Assembly: GCA_964252035.1 (NCBI GenBank)
Contig: OZ176200.1
Direction: 5' to 3' (one strand)
Length of the DNA stretch: 64,000 nt
DNA from: Podarcis erhardii
Taxonomy: Eukaryota
Of this stretch, positions 13,325 through 26,738 are shown in pieces. The position numbers were made by a program, and so were the translations under genes. Below the pieces are notes generated by a model, which was given only the letters and a program-made list of their open reading frames with translations, was not told the DNA's origin and searched no databases. Each line of letters starts with the position of its first letter. The first letter of the stretch is position 1.

Positions 13325-13368
13325 AACTCTCACAGCAGCTTGAAAAGGATTTTCCTCAAAACTTTAAT
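13325..13368 (-). terminator. Probable LARGE2 polyadenylation site
   Basis: ATTAAA on the minus strand (13368-13363) followed downstream by GT-rich gctgtgagagttgtttgg; implies a ~2.4 kb 3'UTR and no overlap with PHF21A. Confidence 0.5.
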
Positions 13369-15722
13369 GTTTTTTTAAAAAGGAATACTTGTGCCCATGC
13401 TGTACAGTGCTCAGTGTGGGACAGTTTCAGCATTTACATCAGCCTGTCTAGAGGGATGGAAAACTAATCCCAGCACTTTGGAAGCTCTTGAATTCCAGGA
13501 AATCAAAGGAAAAATCAAAGAGTCCAGCAGCAGAAGACCCTAGACAGACTCCAGAACCAAAGAGAGAAACTACCAGAAAATCTATGACACCCAAATCATT
13601 TACAGCTTGTGAGAAATCACCTTAAATTATATAAACAGCAAGGAAAGAGTTTTCCTGTTACATCTCCATCTTTGTGCTCCAGTGTTTGATAATTGTGGAC
13701 CATGGCTGGGCTGAAGCTGCTCCCAGCACAGACATTCAGCTACAGCATTCATTAACAGACCCTACGTCAGTTGCAGATACAGCAAGATGCTCATGTGTTC
13801 CTTTTTTCAAGAAGTGGAATTAGTCCCTTCGAGCATCAGGTTCACCAAGCAGCTATCAGGACGGCAGCCTGCATGCAATGACTTGCCTACTTCCATGGTT
13901 GCACAGACTTAATCTGTAATCAGCTGTGACACTTAACTGCATCTAGACTGAAAACAATCCGGTTCCATTATGGACTCCTGCACAAGGCCCAATTGTGCAG
14001 TCCTTGGTCCTGATCATACAAACACAGTTTGAGCTAATATTTACTCAGGAAAGCAGCTGATCAAGGCCATATTCCAGCAGATATAGGAAGGGCAAGACTT
14101 GCGTTCCTCCATGGGAGGGGGAAAGTATGTTTGGCAATGATGTGCAACATCAAGCTAAACAAGATTTACTGAGTAGTAGCCATGATGAGGTTCTATTTAG
14201 CTCTGGTGAGATGAACTACACCCGCATTTTAGATGTGGGAGTGGGGGGTAGGCAAGCAGGGTTTGGGCTTTTTCCAAAATGCCCTGCTTACACATTTTCA
14301 AGGATCCTCGCCTGAACCCTGTTGGAAAGAAGTTCGTTTGGACTAAAGGGATCTTGGTTTCAGCCATGTACTCACAGCAAAGCATGTGCGCTATATAGCC
14401 CCTGGAACAAGGACCTGGTTTTCCTTACACTAGGCTTTTTTCTAGATAGTAACGTTATCCATGAAGTAAGCACAAGGCAGGTTGGAGAGAAGGTTCCTTA
14501 CCAACACCCCTGACAGCCACATTTCTTGGTGGTGGTCAATAGCACCAAAGGCAGAATGTGGGTGAAGCAACAGTTGTGACTCTTCTTCCTTGTGTAGTTG
14601 TGTGTGTGTGTAGGGAAACCCTGTGCTAAAATATTTTCTATTCCAGTGCAGGGCTTCTCTACAAACATATCATAAAAAGGAAAGGAAAGGCCGCACCCAT
14701 AGAGATAAGCAGGGTCACATGCAGCCCCTAGACCTCAGGTTCCCCACTTTAAACTCTTTCAGAATAGGTCCCACATCATCCTTTTCCCATCAGTAAAGCC
14801 CTGATCCATGACCAAAAGCAAGGCTATGCAGATTTGTAAAAGGCAGGGTACAGGCAACTCCTGTTTTGCATGGGTTCAAAGAACGTGCAACTGTGCACAC
14901 ATACACTGGTTTTGGACCTGCAAGATGGTGTGACAGGGCGGGGTGGGCTTATGCATGCTCCACCAACATGCACAGTACCTTGAAACACAACCCATGCACA
15001 AATTGGGTTGCCTGTATATGCATACAGTCCCTCTTGCCACATGTATAGGAATACTTCACATAAGATTTTCTAGATGCTCACTTTATATGATTTAGTCATA
15101 ATTGACTAATTGGTTTTGGCTTGGAGGGGACAAATGAAAGAGCTGGAAATAGGATGGGGCTACTACACTGATAGAGGGACACAACACATTAGTAGAAGTC
15201 TCAATTTCCACAACCAGTCTACCTTTCTACTACAGGAAACAGGTGACTGTAGCTGTATTAAGGCATCAGGCTCATGGGGTGGGAAAGGCCCACCTTCAAA
15301 ACAGCAACAGAGGAAGTTGCCTTAGAGTCAGGCCACTGGTCTGTCCTCATTACCGTCTACACCAACAGGAAGTGGCTCTCCAGGATGTCAGCTCAGGAGC
15401 ACACCTTCCCTCCTCTTCATTCCCATGCTTCCCCCCTCAATTTGGAAACAGATGTACACAAATGTATGTAACTTGCCTGATTTAGATTGGGAGCATTGTT
15501 TTGATTGGCTCCATAGCCATGAATCATATGCCACCTGCCCCAACCCAACCAGCTGCAATTGTACCCACAACTTAGACAAAGTGTGTAGCACCCGGCTACC
15601 ATTGGGAGGGTGGCTCTGCCGTAGGTCTGAACTGCTCCAGGACACGAGCGTGGTCCGCTGTCCCTCCTCTGCAGGGCATGAGTTGCCTTGCATGGACTGT
15701 CCTTTGGTGTGCGTCTTGCCGT

Positions 15723-15920
15723 TCACAGGCTTCTCTCGGCGGTGAGGTATTTGAGTGCAGCGGCGCCGTACTTGCGCGACAGGTCCTGGTGGAACTCCTC
15801 CCGCAGGGTCTCCAGGCAGTCGCGGTAAGTGGAGCTCAGGCGGAACTTGGAGATGTCAAAACTGGGTGCGTGAGGCATATGGATCATGAAGGCATTGGGC
15901 AAGACCAGCAGCTCATTCTC
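15723..15920 (-). CDS. LARGE2: LARGE2 coding exon 14 ([27 protein letters not shown]...[13 protein letters not shown])
   Basis: ttttgtag|GAG; TGA at 15725-15723; matches the LARGE-family C-terminus. Confidence 0.96.
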   Translation of the reverse strand, partial: ENELLVLPNAFMIHMPHAPSFDISKFRLSSTYRDCLETLREEFHQDLSRKYGAAALKYLTAERSL

Positions 15921-16042
15921 CTACAAAAAGGCATGAAGTTGCTGGAAAGGCCGGCTCCCTCGGAAGCCACACACCCCAGCCCTGGATTTCAGGGAACGCA
16001 TAAAGAGGCAACCTTGCGGGAGACATTAAGCATCACACTCAC

Positions 16043-16238
16043 CTGGGCGTCAAGCTCCATGATGTGAGACACCTTGTTCCAGCCAAAACCGACAAATCTC
16101 TGGTCATACAGGGGGCAGTCGCGCCTCACTACAACGTAAGGCTCAAAGTGCAGCTGCCACTCCACGCGATAGGGCACCGTGGCTGTCCGCCACTTGGCAT
16201 AGTCCGTAGGGGCATGGCCCTGAGGCCACACATGGTAC
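16043..16238 (-). CDS. LARGE2: LARGE2 coding exon 13 ([19 protein letters not shown]...[12 protein letters not shown])
   Basis: gtgcag|G...CAG|gtgagt; 196 nt. Confidence 0.97.
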
Positions 16239-16947
16239 CTGCACACAGATACACAAGGGAGCTGAGAAAAGTCTGCACCTGGGACTCCTTGTCGCCTAGT
16301 ATGACACTCCGACCACTGCACCACGCTGCCTGGGGTAGCCAGCCTCTCAGAGCCATTCTGAACCTCTTTAGTCAGCAGGGCAGCATTGGGCTTGGATGAG
16401 GGAGATGGGGCTTCATGTCTTTGCTTTGCCACAGACCCACAGCATGGCCAGGGCAAAGTCACCTTGGTCTCAACTCCCCATCTGTAACATGGCCATGATG
16501 CAAATATGCCCCTGTGAGGGCACAGCTGTGCCCCAACAGGTGGCTGGGAACTGGATGAGCCCAGGACTAGGGAAAAGGGCATGAGGAAAAGCAGAAGAAT
16601 CATAGGATCCAACAAAGAGTTGGGGGGGGGATGGAAATGAGGCAAGGGATTATTTATTTAAAATATTTATACCATGCTCAGCACGGGGCTCCAAAGCAGG
16701 GAGAGGGGACAACATGGAATGAAAATAAAGAGGGGGCAAATTGTGCCCCTACATCCCAACAGAAGAATGAATGCACATATGCCAGTTACAAATGGCCAGT
16801 CAAATCTTAGGCTGCAAGCCACCACTAAGAAGGGTTAAGTGCTGGGGCTGGTCAGGCCTGTTATCTGGTTTCAGAGGGCAGTCCAGCAATTGGTTGAGCC
16901 AACATTTCAGCTGCTAGCGAGGGTTTTTTTTTTGTCCCAACACTTAC

Positions 16948-17094
16948 CTGAAGGTATAGAGGGAGCCCATGTCCAGCATGGAGAGCAGCTCCGCTTTGGA
17001 TTTGGGGAAGGTGAGGCGGTAATGCAGAGTCTCAAATGCAGGCACAATGAGGGCTGCCTTCCTTTGGGGCAGCTCAAGCTGCAAAATGGAGGTC
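16948..17094 (-). CDS. LARGE2: LARGE2 coding exon 12 ([48 protein letters not shown])
   Basis: gcctcag|G...AG|gtaagt; 147 nt; this frame is not shown in the ORF track. Confidence 0.96.
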
Positions 17095-17285
17095 CTGAGG
17101 CACAAAGGGGAGGGGGAAATGCTGTTGGTCTGTTGCTAAATGGAGGAGTCCAAGCATCCTGTATCCCTTCCCCATGAAAAATGTTCAGTGCTGGCATGGG
17201 ACCGACACATACTGGTGGAGCCATCCTCTCCCAGTATGGAAGTGTCTACCGCTTTACACAGGCTGGGAAAGGGCAAGTCACGCAC

Positions 17286-17564
17286 CTGAGATAATCATAG
17301 AGGCCATACATAGGCAGGAAGTCAATGTCCGTCAGGAAAACGTAAGATGTCTGTGCATTCTTCAGTGCTACGTTGCGCAAGAAGTTGACCGGGTAAAACT
17401 GCCCTTCCTTGTACACAATGTGATAGGCAACGTTCCTGCGGTTACTCAGCACTTCCGAGGCCTGGGCATAGCGCAGGAATTGCTGGGCCTCTGCATCTGA
17501 CATATACAACGCCAGACTGATGGGGCCTGTCCAGTGTTTGCATATGGCCTCCAGCATCTGTAAC
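17286..17564 (-). CDS. LARGE2: LARGE2 coding exon 11, GT49 glucuronyltransferase domain with DXD motif (LTDIDFL)
   Basis: ttgcag|G TTA...CTC AG|gtgcgt; 279 nt; [11 protein letters not shown]...[10 protein letters not shown]. Confidence 0.97.
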
Positions 17565-18361
17565 CTGCAAATCAATGGGACAAGTCAAGAGTGCAAGACA
17601 CCCTCAGTTGGCAACACCAAAAAGCCACAAGGCTGAGCCACCCAGGCCTGAAGGAACATGAGAATCTGCATCCAGTCCTGCAGCGAGTTTTTCCTTCCTG
17701 GTTTCTTGTGTGTGCAAGCTTCTGTTGATAATTGTATCAGAGGGGGCTGTCTACACTACGTCCTGGAAGCTGCCACCATTTGCACACGATTCCTTGGCTT
17801 CTTAAAATATAACCTTACAGACCTTGGCACAACTGATCTGGACAGTATTGGTTTTGTGTTGCCCCTCTTCCTAACTATTGTCCAGCCCTTCTGCCACCAT
17901 CAGAACCATTCTTTTAATGGCTGGCTTGTACCATTGCACCCATTTTCTGACTCATGCAGCTAGTTTTTGTTCCTTTCATGGGTTTTATCTTCTATCCATT
18001 CTTCATAATCCTCAAGATTCTTCCTTCCACCACATAGAAAACTGCCATAGTTCTTCTAGTATTCAAGGGATACTAGTCATCTTTTGCTAAATATTTCCCA
18101 GCAACTCTGGGTGACAGAAACCCATTCTAAAAAATAAATAAAAGCAGAATTATCTGGAAAGGATAGTCACCCTCGCAGCTGGGCAGTGAGAATATTGCCA
18201 TAGAGATTTCCAGTTTGATTAACTCAGCTTGGGCACAGAGGCCTCCTGGACCAGTAAATTCATATAAAAGAGCCACAAGCTGGCTGGACGTTTAGCTCCC
18301 AAGCAGAAGAATTTATGCTGGAAGACACAACATCTCCCCCTCTTCCTTTCCCATCTAGTAC

Positions 18362-18525
18362 CTGTCCATGGAGAGCTGAGCTACAAGAGTGACATCAATT
18401 GCATCAGCCAAGATCGGGAAATCGTACTGCAGGAAGAAGAGATGCACCCGGTGCTGAATAAGGCTCTGCCTCCGAAAATCATAGCAAGGGTCGTCTTCAT
18501 CCAGCTCCTCTAGGGCCTGCTGGAG
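18362..18525 (-). CDS. LARGE2: LARGE2 coding exon 10 ([20 protein letters not shown]...[11 protein letters not shown])
   Basis: atgtag|CTC...AG|gtacta; 164 nt; absent from the ORF track. Confidence 0.95.
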
Positions 18526-19004
18526 CTACATTTTATGCAGGGGTGAGAGGACAAGAACAGAGTGATAAGGCTAAGTTGGCAAGTTGACCTAGAGTGAAGC
18601 ACAGCCACAAAGCAGCTTTAAAAGACAGGGTTTCTAGAGCCTGAGATACTACTGGGAGAGTGGGGAGGGTCCGAAGTTTTGTACCAAGCAGAACATAACC
18701 TCATCAGTCCACTAATCCTAACTGAAATAATATGAGTGCATTGTTCTGAATGTGGTGAAAACATGCCAGATTTCTTTAGGTTTGCCATTACATTTTATTA
18801 GGAATAAAAACTCGAAGAGAACAATGAAATCGAAGCAAAATATAATGGGTGCAAGCAGCTATCTTATTTTTAAAAGACATCTGAAGGGAGCCCTGTTTTT
18901 TGAGCTACACACCCCCTCCATTTAATAGAGCAGCTAAATAAATGGGAAGTCTGGAGGGATTTTCCATTTCAGGCATGAGGAGAAGGGAGAAGGATAGAAA
19001 ATTA

Positions 19005-19247
<243 letters not shown>

Positions 19248-19346
19248 CTAACATTGTCCTAGACTGGCGATGCCTGCAAGGCTCAGCCAAGGGTCACCGT
19301 TGCAAAAGGAATTCAGGAAAGACTCAGCCAGGGAGGAAAGGCCCAC

Positions 19347-19472
19347 CTTAAGATCAGAGACCTCTGTGTAGCACTGCTCTGCGCGGGTGTGATCAGAGAG
19401 CTGCACGTTCCAGAAGCAAGGGAGTTGGTATACCAGCGTTGGGCTCTGTTTGATCACTGCATTAAAAATGTC
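19347..19472 (-). CDS. LARGE2: LARGE2 coding exon 8 ([42 protein letters not shown])
   Basis: ctcttttag|GAC...AAG|gtgggc; 126 nt. Confidence 0.97.
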
Positions 19473-19673
19473 CTAAAAGAGAGATTGCAGTTTGCACACT
19501 GGGCACTCTGGAAGAGGAGAAAGGCCCAGAGTAAAATCAAGTGTGAAGCCAAACGAGGAAGAAATAAATAGGTCTTTATCCCGCTACAACCCACAATGTC
19601 TGCAGGAGACAAAAGGTGTGTCCGGGGGCCCAGGCTGGAGGACAGCGAGGCATGCAGAGCTCAGAGCACTTGC

Positions 19674-19786
19674 CTGGTCGGCCAGCGAGGTGGACAGCAT
19701 GCTCATGAGCTCCCGCTCGGCTGTCAGGCGCCACATCTGCTCCCAGCCGATTCGGCGGAGGCGCTCCAGCAGCAAGAGGATCACTC
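19674..19786 (-). CDS. LARGE2: LARGE2 coding exon 7 ([38 protein letters not shown]), GC donor
   Basis: ctcctag|GA...CAG|gcaagt; 113 nt; phase 0 joins to DIFNAV. Confidence 0.95.
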
Positions 19787-20153
19787 CTAGGAGAAGAGGA
19801 AACCATGAGCACCACTAGGATTGGACAGAAGCAACCTCAGCTCAACTCTTAACAATCCACTTCCACAATGTGCATCTTTTTGGAAGTGGAAGAGGGCTCT
19901 GTTTTCCTGGATCCCCAGGAAACCCCCTTGTGTTCTTAAGATCCTTTTGGTGAAAGAGAGTTTGCAAACATCTTAATCAATAAAAATGCTATTTTAAAAT
20001 CCTTGCAACAGGAGTGACTGCTCTTCAGTGTTGACAACCAAGCCGACAAGCATGCAGAACGAGTCTTTTCCTGTTGCAGCAGCAGCCATGAACTCTTTCC
20101 TGCCTCCCCACTAGGGCTGCCTGCCTTGCATGGAGAAACAGTTCTCTAGACAA

Positions 20154-20168
20154 CCACCAGGTGGTGCC
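20154..20168 (+). promoter_or_regulatory. Candidate CTCF site
   Basis: CCACCAGGTGGTGCC closely matches the CTCF core CCACCAGGKGGCGC; motif only. Confidence 0.35.
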
Positions 20169-20358
20169 AAGATATCCTACAGACCTGCCAATCGGCTATC
20201 CATGATAGAAAGCTTGTTTCTGGAGTCACTGTCTATCAAGAGGAGCTGGTGTGCGTGTCTATTGCCACGCCATTCAACCCAGCTCCATTGCTGGTTACTC
20301 ACACTCTGAAATACCAGCAACAGAATAGTTTGCAACTTCACTGAACTACAACTCCAAG

Positions 20359-20360
<2 letters not shown>

Positions 20361-20394
<34 letters not shown>
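20361..20394. repeat. (GT)17 microsatellite
   Basis: Direct reading. Confidence 0.97.
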
Positions 20395-20396
<2 letters not shown>

Positions 20397-21279
20397 CAAT
20401 GACAGTCAACACTGGCATAAAACCAGCATAAGCATGCCCTACAAAAACTGCTAACGGTAGACTTGGAGGCCACCTGGTCCAGGCACCTGCTCAATGCAGA
20501 AAATCCAGAGAGAGAACACCTAAGAGACAGCCATCTATCCTGCTCCCATTAACTGGTCTCATTACTGAACTCTTTTTATTCTTAGGTTTTCCTAATGTTC
20601 AGCTTCTGTTATCCAATCCCAGTGGAGCTAGTTCTGCCCCTGGAGGCAGCAGGGAACAAGTCTATGCAGTCTTCCATGGGACAGCCTTTGGGGCATTTGA
20701 AGCATACTACCCTGCTCCTCTCCGCCTTTTCTTCAGGCTCTGCAAACCAGTCCCTTTAATCCATGGGCACTGTGATACTTTTGCAGTCCTCCGTTGGCCC
20801 CCCAGTCATGAGCTAGTGGGAGGGTTGAAAGGTACAAAGAACCAAGAGAGGATTGTGGGGAAAGCACTGCTCTTTCCCACTTCCTCTTTCGGCTCCCTTT
20901 GCTTTTGAAGCGTTGGATTAACTTTATAGGATCCAGCTTTTACCCAGATTCCATGGGAAGCCAGAGTGTGTGTGCATTATGCCTCTCAGGAGGTAGGGGT
21001 GCTGATCTGGGGAGGAGAGTTAGAAATGATCAGAGGGGGTGGCACCCACAGCATTCGCTCAAAAATCCAAATCTGCCATGGGTATGGAAAGGAAGCTACC
21101 TCTTCTTTCCTCATAGGTTTTCCTTGTGCTCGCTGGGATTTGCTCAAGACCACCTAGTCAACTTCACAGTTGAACCAGGATATCTGAACCTGGATATCGT
21201 CACATACAAACCCAGCACTCAAGCCACGGGAACAGAGAACTAAACAGACATCATGTTCCCACAGCCCTCTGGAGCTCAC

Positions 21280-21384
21280 CTGTGTTGAAGCCGCGTCCCA
21301 GTGCTGGCCATGGTTTATGGTTCTTCCAGAGATTCCCTAGGTACCAGTCACTTTGGTTTTCCACCAGCCCAATCACTTGTTTGT
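21280..21384 (-). CDS. LARGE2: LARGE2 coding exon 6 ([35 protein letters not shown])
   Basis: atccag|AC...G|gtgagc; 105 nt. Confidence 0.97.
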
Positions 21385-21808
21385 CTGGATTAAGAGATAA
21401 GAAAATGAGGCCAAAGGCAGCTAACAGACTTTGCCTGTCAACAAGATCAGTACTCTGGAACTCACTCACTAAGGATCATCCCTGCTGTATAATTTTAAAA
21501 GGAGCAGAGTAAATGGAAAGACCACCGAGTAAGAAAAGAAACCCTTTCAGTATCTAGGGCCACCAGAGCTGTCCTATACCATGAGCCATTGCCTCTGGAG
21601 AGGTGCTCAAAGATGGTCAACAGCTGGGGCAGGGAACTTGTGGCCCTCCAAATGTTGCTGGACTATAACTCTCATTATCCTTGAGCATCTAGTCATGCTG
21701 GCTGGGGCTGATGATGAGAGAGCTGGAGTCCTCAAAGCATCTTGGAGGGTCACAGATTCTCTGTCCCTAGTCTAAAGGATCCCTATTCCCCCAGGGGTCA
21801 TCACTTAC

Positions 21809-21980
21809 CCGAGAACTTCCCAAAGATGGCCCATAGTTCAGCAATGTCAGTGGCAAAGGTGATGTCCGTGTCCAGGACAATGACCTTGGAGAGATCAGAG
21901 GGGAGAGCCTTTGTGAGCGTCAGTTTCATCAGCCCATAGATTCCAGAGTAGTGCTTGTTGGGGATCCAAGAGATGTCGGG
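21809..21980 (-). CDS. LARGE2: LARGE2 coding exon 5, GT8 xylosyltransferase domain with DXD motif (VLDTDITF)
   Basis: ttttgcag|CCC...G|gtaagt; 172 nt; [20 protein letters not shown]... Confidence 0.97.
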
Positions 21981-22506
21981 CTGCAAAAAAAGAAAAGGGG
22001 GGGGGGAGAAACATTTCAGAAAAGGAGAACAGGCAGGCCAGCATCAGCATCACATGTCTGGTCTATAGCCAAGATACCTAAAATTGCTCTTGTTTCTATG
22101 GCTTGAGCAACGAGACAATACTGAAAATAAGACCATGACTCTAAACTAGCCTGTATGTCTTTGGTGAGATTTAGAAGCGCTTCACACAAATAAAGTGGTG
22201 TGGGAATGCTTTCAACTGCAAAGATGGTGCTTCCACATGGCACTCCTGTTTTGGACGGCAGCTTGCACACAAATGGAAACCTCCATGGAAATGCAATTCC
22301 AAGCAGCCTCCATGTCCCTTGCCATACCTGTGAAACAGGCCTGCAAGTCTGTAAGAAGGCATTTGGGGACTAGCAAACTTCATCAACCTGGTCATTATTA
22401 ACATTTTCTAATGGGCTATTCTACTGATATTTTTGTGTTTTTATATTGTAAGCCACCCTGTGGATCTTTGGATGAAGGGTGGTATAGAAATTTAAATAAT
22501 AATATA

Positions 22507-22818
22507 CAGTGGTGCCTCGCAAGACGAAAAGAATCCGTTCCTTGAGGCTCTTCGTCTAGCGGTTTTTTCATCTTGCGAAGCAAACCCATTGACGGATTGA
22601 CGGATTAGCGCTATTAGCGGTTTAGCGGCTTAGCGGATAAGCGGCTTAGCGGCTTAGAAAAAGGGGGGGAAAGGGAAAAAAACCTGCAGGAACTCGCAAG
22701 ACATTTTCGTCTTGCGAAGCAAGCCCATAGGAAATTCGTTTTGCGAAGCACCTCCAAAACGGAAAACTCTTAGCGAGTTTTCCGTCTTGCAAGGCATTCG
22801 TCTTGCGGGGCACCACTG
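22507..22818 (+). mobile_element. Tc1/mariner (Tigger/pogo-like) MITE, family A
   Basis: TA-CAGTGGTGCCTCGCAAGACGAA...TTCGTCTTGCGGGGCACCACTG-TA; ~22-bp TIRs, TA duplication, internal TTAGCGG repeats. Confidence 0.92.
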
Positions 22819-24184
22819 TAGTGTGGCAAGACTTCAAAGGCATCTATGGACTCCCAATTCTGCTCTAGATTTCATGGCCCCCTGCAATTTTCCTTTCCCC
22901 CTACCCCCCGCCCACTAAAAATTCCCACCCCATCTTCAGTGAAAGCACATGGTCTGTTCAACCACAATCCACTTTCCTGTTTTCTCAAGGGTCAGAAATA
23001 TGAAAAAAAAATGGAGTGTGAATCATTGCACTAAGCTTGGTTGGGTGAACCTTACCTGTCTAGATAGTTTTAGATGCCAAACATATACCTGGGCACTGCC
23101 AATTGTTTTAGACATGGCAGGAAAATGCATGTTCTCCTACCCCAGATCTAATTTCACCTTTCTTCATCCAATTCAGCCAGAAACAATGGAGAGTGACTTT
23201 CTGATTCACAGCAGAATAAATAAGGCAACTCCATTGTCTAAAATCCAAGAGCTTTAATCCCAAAACAATTGAATCAAAGAGTACAAATGCATACTCCTGG
23301 AATCTGGCTACTTTCAAATTTCAAAAACAAATGAATTATGTTTCTATCCCTTCCTATTTTATTATGGACAACAACTTGCACATAAAGTTTTGGCAAGAGC
23401 GAGAGGAGACTGCCTGGCACAGTGCCCACTGTTCATTAGGGACACTTATGTGGCCTTGGAAAACTCCAGGTGCTGCTTCAGGGCTCCCTGCCTTAATCTT
23501 TCTGCCCTTCTGTCACTTTGCTGAAATATTAGCATTCTTGGACATCAGAATCATGACAGTGCATCATATAATCATTTCAAGTGCAGATTTTGGCTGCTGT
23601 TATGTTGCAAATTTCTAGGTGACCTTAAGGATGATTCATGACCTTTTGGATCCATTCACAAGCTTGGATCCAGCCACTATCCATCAGGGGGCTCAATTCC
23701 AAGGAAAAAGGTGTTTATTTAAGTATATTGTATTTATTGTTTCTTAATTATGTTATTTAAAATAGTATTATTATTTTAGTAGCAGTAGTATTGTTTAGTT
23801 TTTAATATGGAATTTGTATTTTATGTTTACGTGAACACACACAAATGCACACACACAAACACACTTCTCCCACCTCCCCAGATATGTAAACCACTTAGAG
23901 ATTCCTGCTGAAATGAGAAGGTTAACTTTATATATTTCTAAATCATTCAGATCCTGTCAACAGGTCTTCCCACTCTACAAACAAAATGACAGTAGTAGCA
24001 GATGAGAGCGCAGAAAACAATGGAAAGGGTTTGCGTCTCTCATCTCCAAGCAAGCCATTCCTACGGCAGGGCCTTCCCTACAGGGCTGCTCACTTCATGG
24101 AAAGAGGGTGTGGAGAGGGAAGGGAAGAGAGGGAGAGGGAACAAATGGAGAAAGAGAGAACGAGCCTGGCTTGATCTCCCTTGC

Positions 24185-24308
24185 CTTCAGGTCATCAGCA
24201 TTGTAGAAGCTAACATGAACAGAGGGCACCATCCAGGACTCGAACAACATCTGCAGGATCTTTTGGGCCACAGAGTCAGTGATGAGATGGAAGTGAAGAG
24301 GGTTCTTC
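24185..24308 (-). CDS. LARGE2: LARGE2 coding exon 4 ([41 protein letters not shown]), GC donor
   Basis: cttggcag|G...AAG|gcaagg; 124 nt. Confidence 0.93.
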
Positions 24309-24650
24309 CTGCCAAGGAAGGAAACAGTTAATGCTTGCAATAGTTGAAAGCAAGATGCGAAATACATCCAATTCCCTCATTTTGCACCCCCCCCCATGCA
24401 GCAGCTGATGCCTTACTATGCCACATACAGAACCCTGGCAGCTGCATTTAAGTGAAAAAGGATGGGGTCAGAGGACCCTAACTAGTCTTCACTTGTTCTA
24501 TCTTTCCCCAGCACACCCAGAACTGCAGCTTGGAATCAAAAGTGCAGAAAGGCATCCTATTTTAACCCCGCCTTCAAGTCCTGGGAAACTCAGAAGCGTC
24601 CGCTACCTGCTCAAAAGAAGAGCAGCCTTCCCCACCCCCTCCAAGGTTAC

Positions 24651-24733
24651 CTGTGGAAGAGGATGGATTTCACCAGGGTAACGACATCCCGACTTGCATT
24701 GTATCCAGCACAGACAATTGCAACATGGAGAAG
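24651..24733 (-). CDS. LARGE2: LARGE2 coding exon 3 ([27 protein letters not shown])
   Basis: ggacag|CTT...AG|gtaacc; 83 nt. Confidence 0.96.
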
Positions 24734-25423
24734 CTGTCCAGAAACACAAAGATGCCATCAGGCCTGGCCCCCCAACCACAATTCACTGCAAGAGATCCTC
24801 TCCCCACTTCCCCTCCAAGTGGAGCTTTCAGAAGCCGCTTCCCACAATACATGCAGAATCCACCTGTCCTGCCAGGGCCCTTTCTTCTTCACCCAAGTCA
24901 GTAAAAAAGGGTGAGCAGAGAGTTCACTTTTCCCAGAGCAAAATGGATAATACAAAACGTTGATGCAAAACCAACCAGAGTTAGAAATGGGCATAGAAAC
25001 CAGGCGCAAGTGAGGACTGCCTCCTTGCCCTCAAGGGACTATCATACCAACACGTATCTTAGGGTTCAGAAAAGCATTACATTGCAAAATAAATATCACG
25101 CTACCTACAGCAGGAAGCAGCAAGAGTGGGAATTATATGGCTACACCTATTATCTTAGGGCAAGGGCAGCCAACATCACAGCCTCCAGAGGTTGGGAACG
25201 ACACCTCCCACCACTCCCAACCATTCTAAGCTGGCTGGGGATAATGGGATATGTAGTCCAAAACCTCTGGAGGGCACCATGTCGGCTACCCCCATCTTAG
25301 GGAACGGAACAGGTTGAGGAGCCTGACCAACAACACGCCTCTTGCTGTGCAACCCTTCCACAGTTTTGCCATAACTATTTGCCTGCAAGGTGTCTTGGCA
25401 GCCAGTTGGGACATCGCCTTTAC

Positions 25424-25683
25424 CTCGCACTTCTGAACCATTCTCTGCTTGAGGCAGCCGGTGCTGTTGTCCCTTCCATCCTGGTCCTCTATGAACTGCG
25501 CTCCCTGCTGGCTGCTGTCCGTCCCATCCACAGCCTCGTCCTGCATCTGAGACTGGCTGAGTTGCAGCCTCAACAGCTGGTTTTCCTCTTCCACTTTCTG
25601 TACTTGGGACACCAAGGCCTCGTGGTTAAGGTATCGGCTTGACTGTTCCCCAAAGCAAGGTGGGAGCAGGAAGGAGCATCCAT
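25424..25683 (-). CDS. LARGE2: LARGE2 coding exon 2, stem/coiled-coil region (YGCSFLLPPCFGEQ...VEEENQLLRLQLSQ...VQKCE)
   Basis: ctacag|AT...GAG|gtaaag; 260 nt; phases fit both neighbours. Confidence 0.93.
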
Positions 25684-26738
25684 CTGTAGAGGGGATCCCC
25701 GCCCCCCAGGAAAAGAAAACATAAACGGGAGTGGTGAGAGAAGGAGGATGCATAGTCACTGAGCTTTTTGCACATACTTCAGTGAAACAAGAGGGACAAG
25801 TGAGAAGAAGGATGAGAGCGGGAACAAATATTTTATGCAGGTTTCTTGAATTCATATAACAAGGTTGCAAAGTTCCAGCACTATAAAATATTCCCCCATC
25901 TCTTTGCATAGTCCTACAATTTCCCTTATTAGATTCAATTATATTAATTCCACCGGCTATCTTTCTCTGCAGTCAAATGGACTTAATATTACTTTAAGAC
26001 TATTCAATATGAAGCTGAATGCTGCTTCTCAAGTGGGTGAATGTGAATCTGAACACTCAAGAGTTAATGTACAGTATCACCCCACACCATGAATGAGATG
26101 GGCAAGAAAGAAGAGAGTGGCATAACAGGAAGGGGCATAGCTCTGCCTCTAGCTTCTCCATTCATAACTTTGCGGCCAGAGAGTAGTACTGTATCAATGC
26201 AGCCTAAGAAAACAATATTCTGAAAAGCCAGCGCTCATTCTCTCTGTAATGTATTTTCTGGAGAGATCTGCCACTGACATCAGCAAGGGAGGGGGAAGGA
26301 GGCAACACCCTCAAGCCCTCTCCAGCGAAGACTCTGTAACTGCCATAAAGGCAACTACCAGAGAAAAGAACCACACAACGGATGGAGCCCCAGCACCCCC
26401 AAGCTGAACATTATTACCAGCTCCAAGCCTGGATTGACCCAAGGAGGCCTTGCTCAGAATACTGGCCCTCTGCGGAGAGAGGTCACCAGGTGCAAGGGAA
26501 AAGGGTCTCCTTGTAAGTTCTAGTGTAGAAGATCCAAAGTTTACAAGCTGCCTTGAATGCTGAGAAGCTGGAACTAAATATGCTATATGGTGATGGTTTT
26601 TAAATTTCCCAAATTGGAAATCTGGCCCATTCTTCATCATATATGAGAGGGATCAGTTCCTATGTGTTTGGGCGATGAGAAAAGCACATACATCCAAGCA
26701 AGGCAGTGGAACCATCCTTCTGTCACCTTAATGTCTGA

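Noticed and set aside
12115-13345. Overlapping 3'UTRs (sense-antisense pair) of convergent PHF21A and LARGE2
   Set aside because: The best poly(A) signals leave a ~1.2 kb gap; overlap would need read-through that sequence alone cannot show.
22570-22660. TTAGCGG arrays as interstitial telomere or CRISPR-like repeat
   Set aside because: Not TTAGGG, no unique spacers of constant length, and always inside TIR-bounded MITEs in a vertebrate genome.
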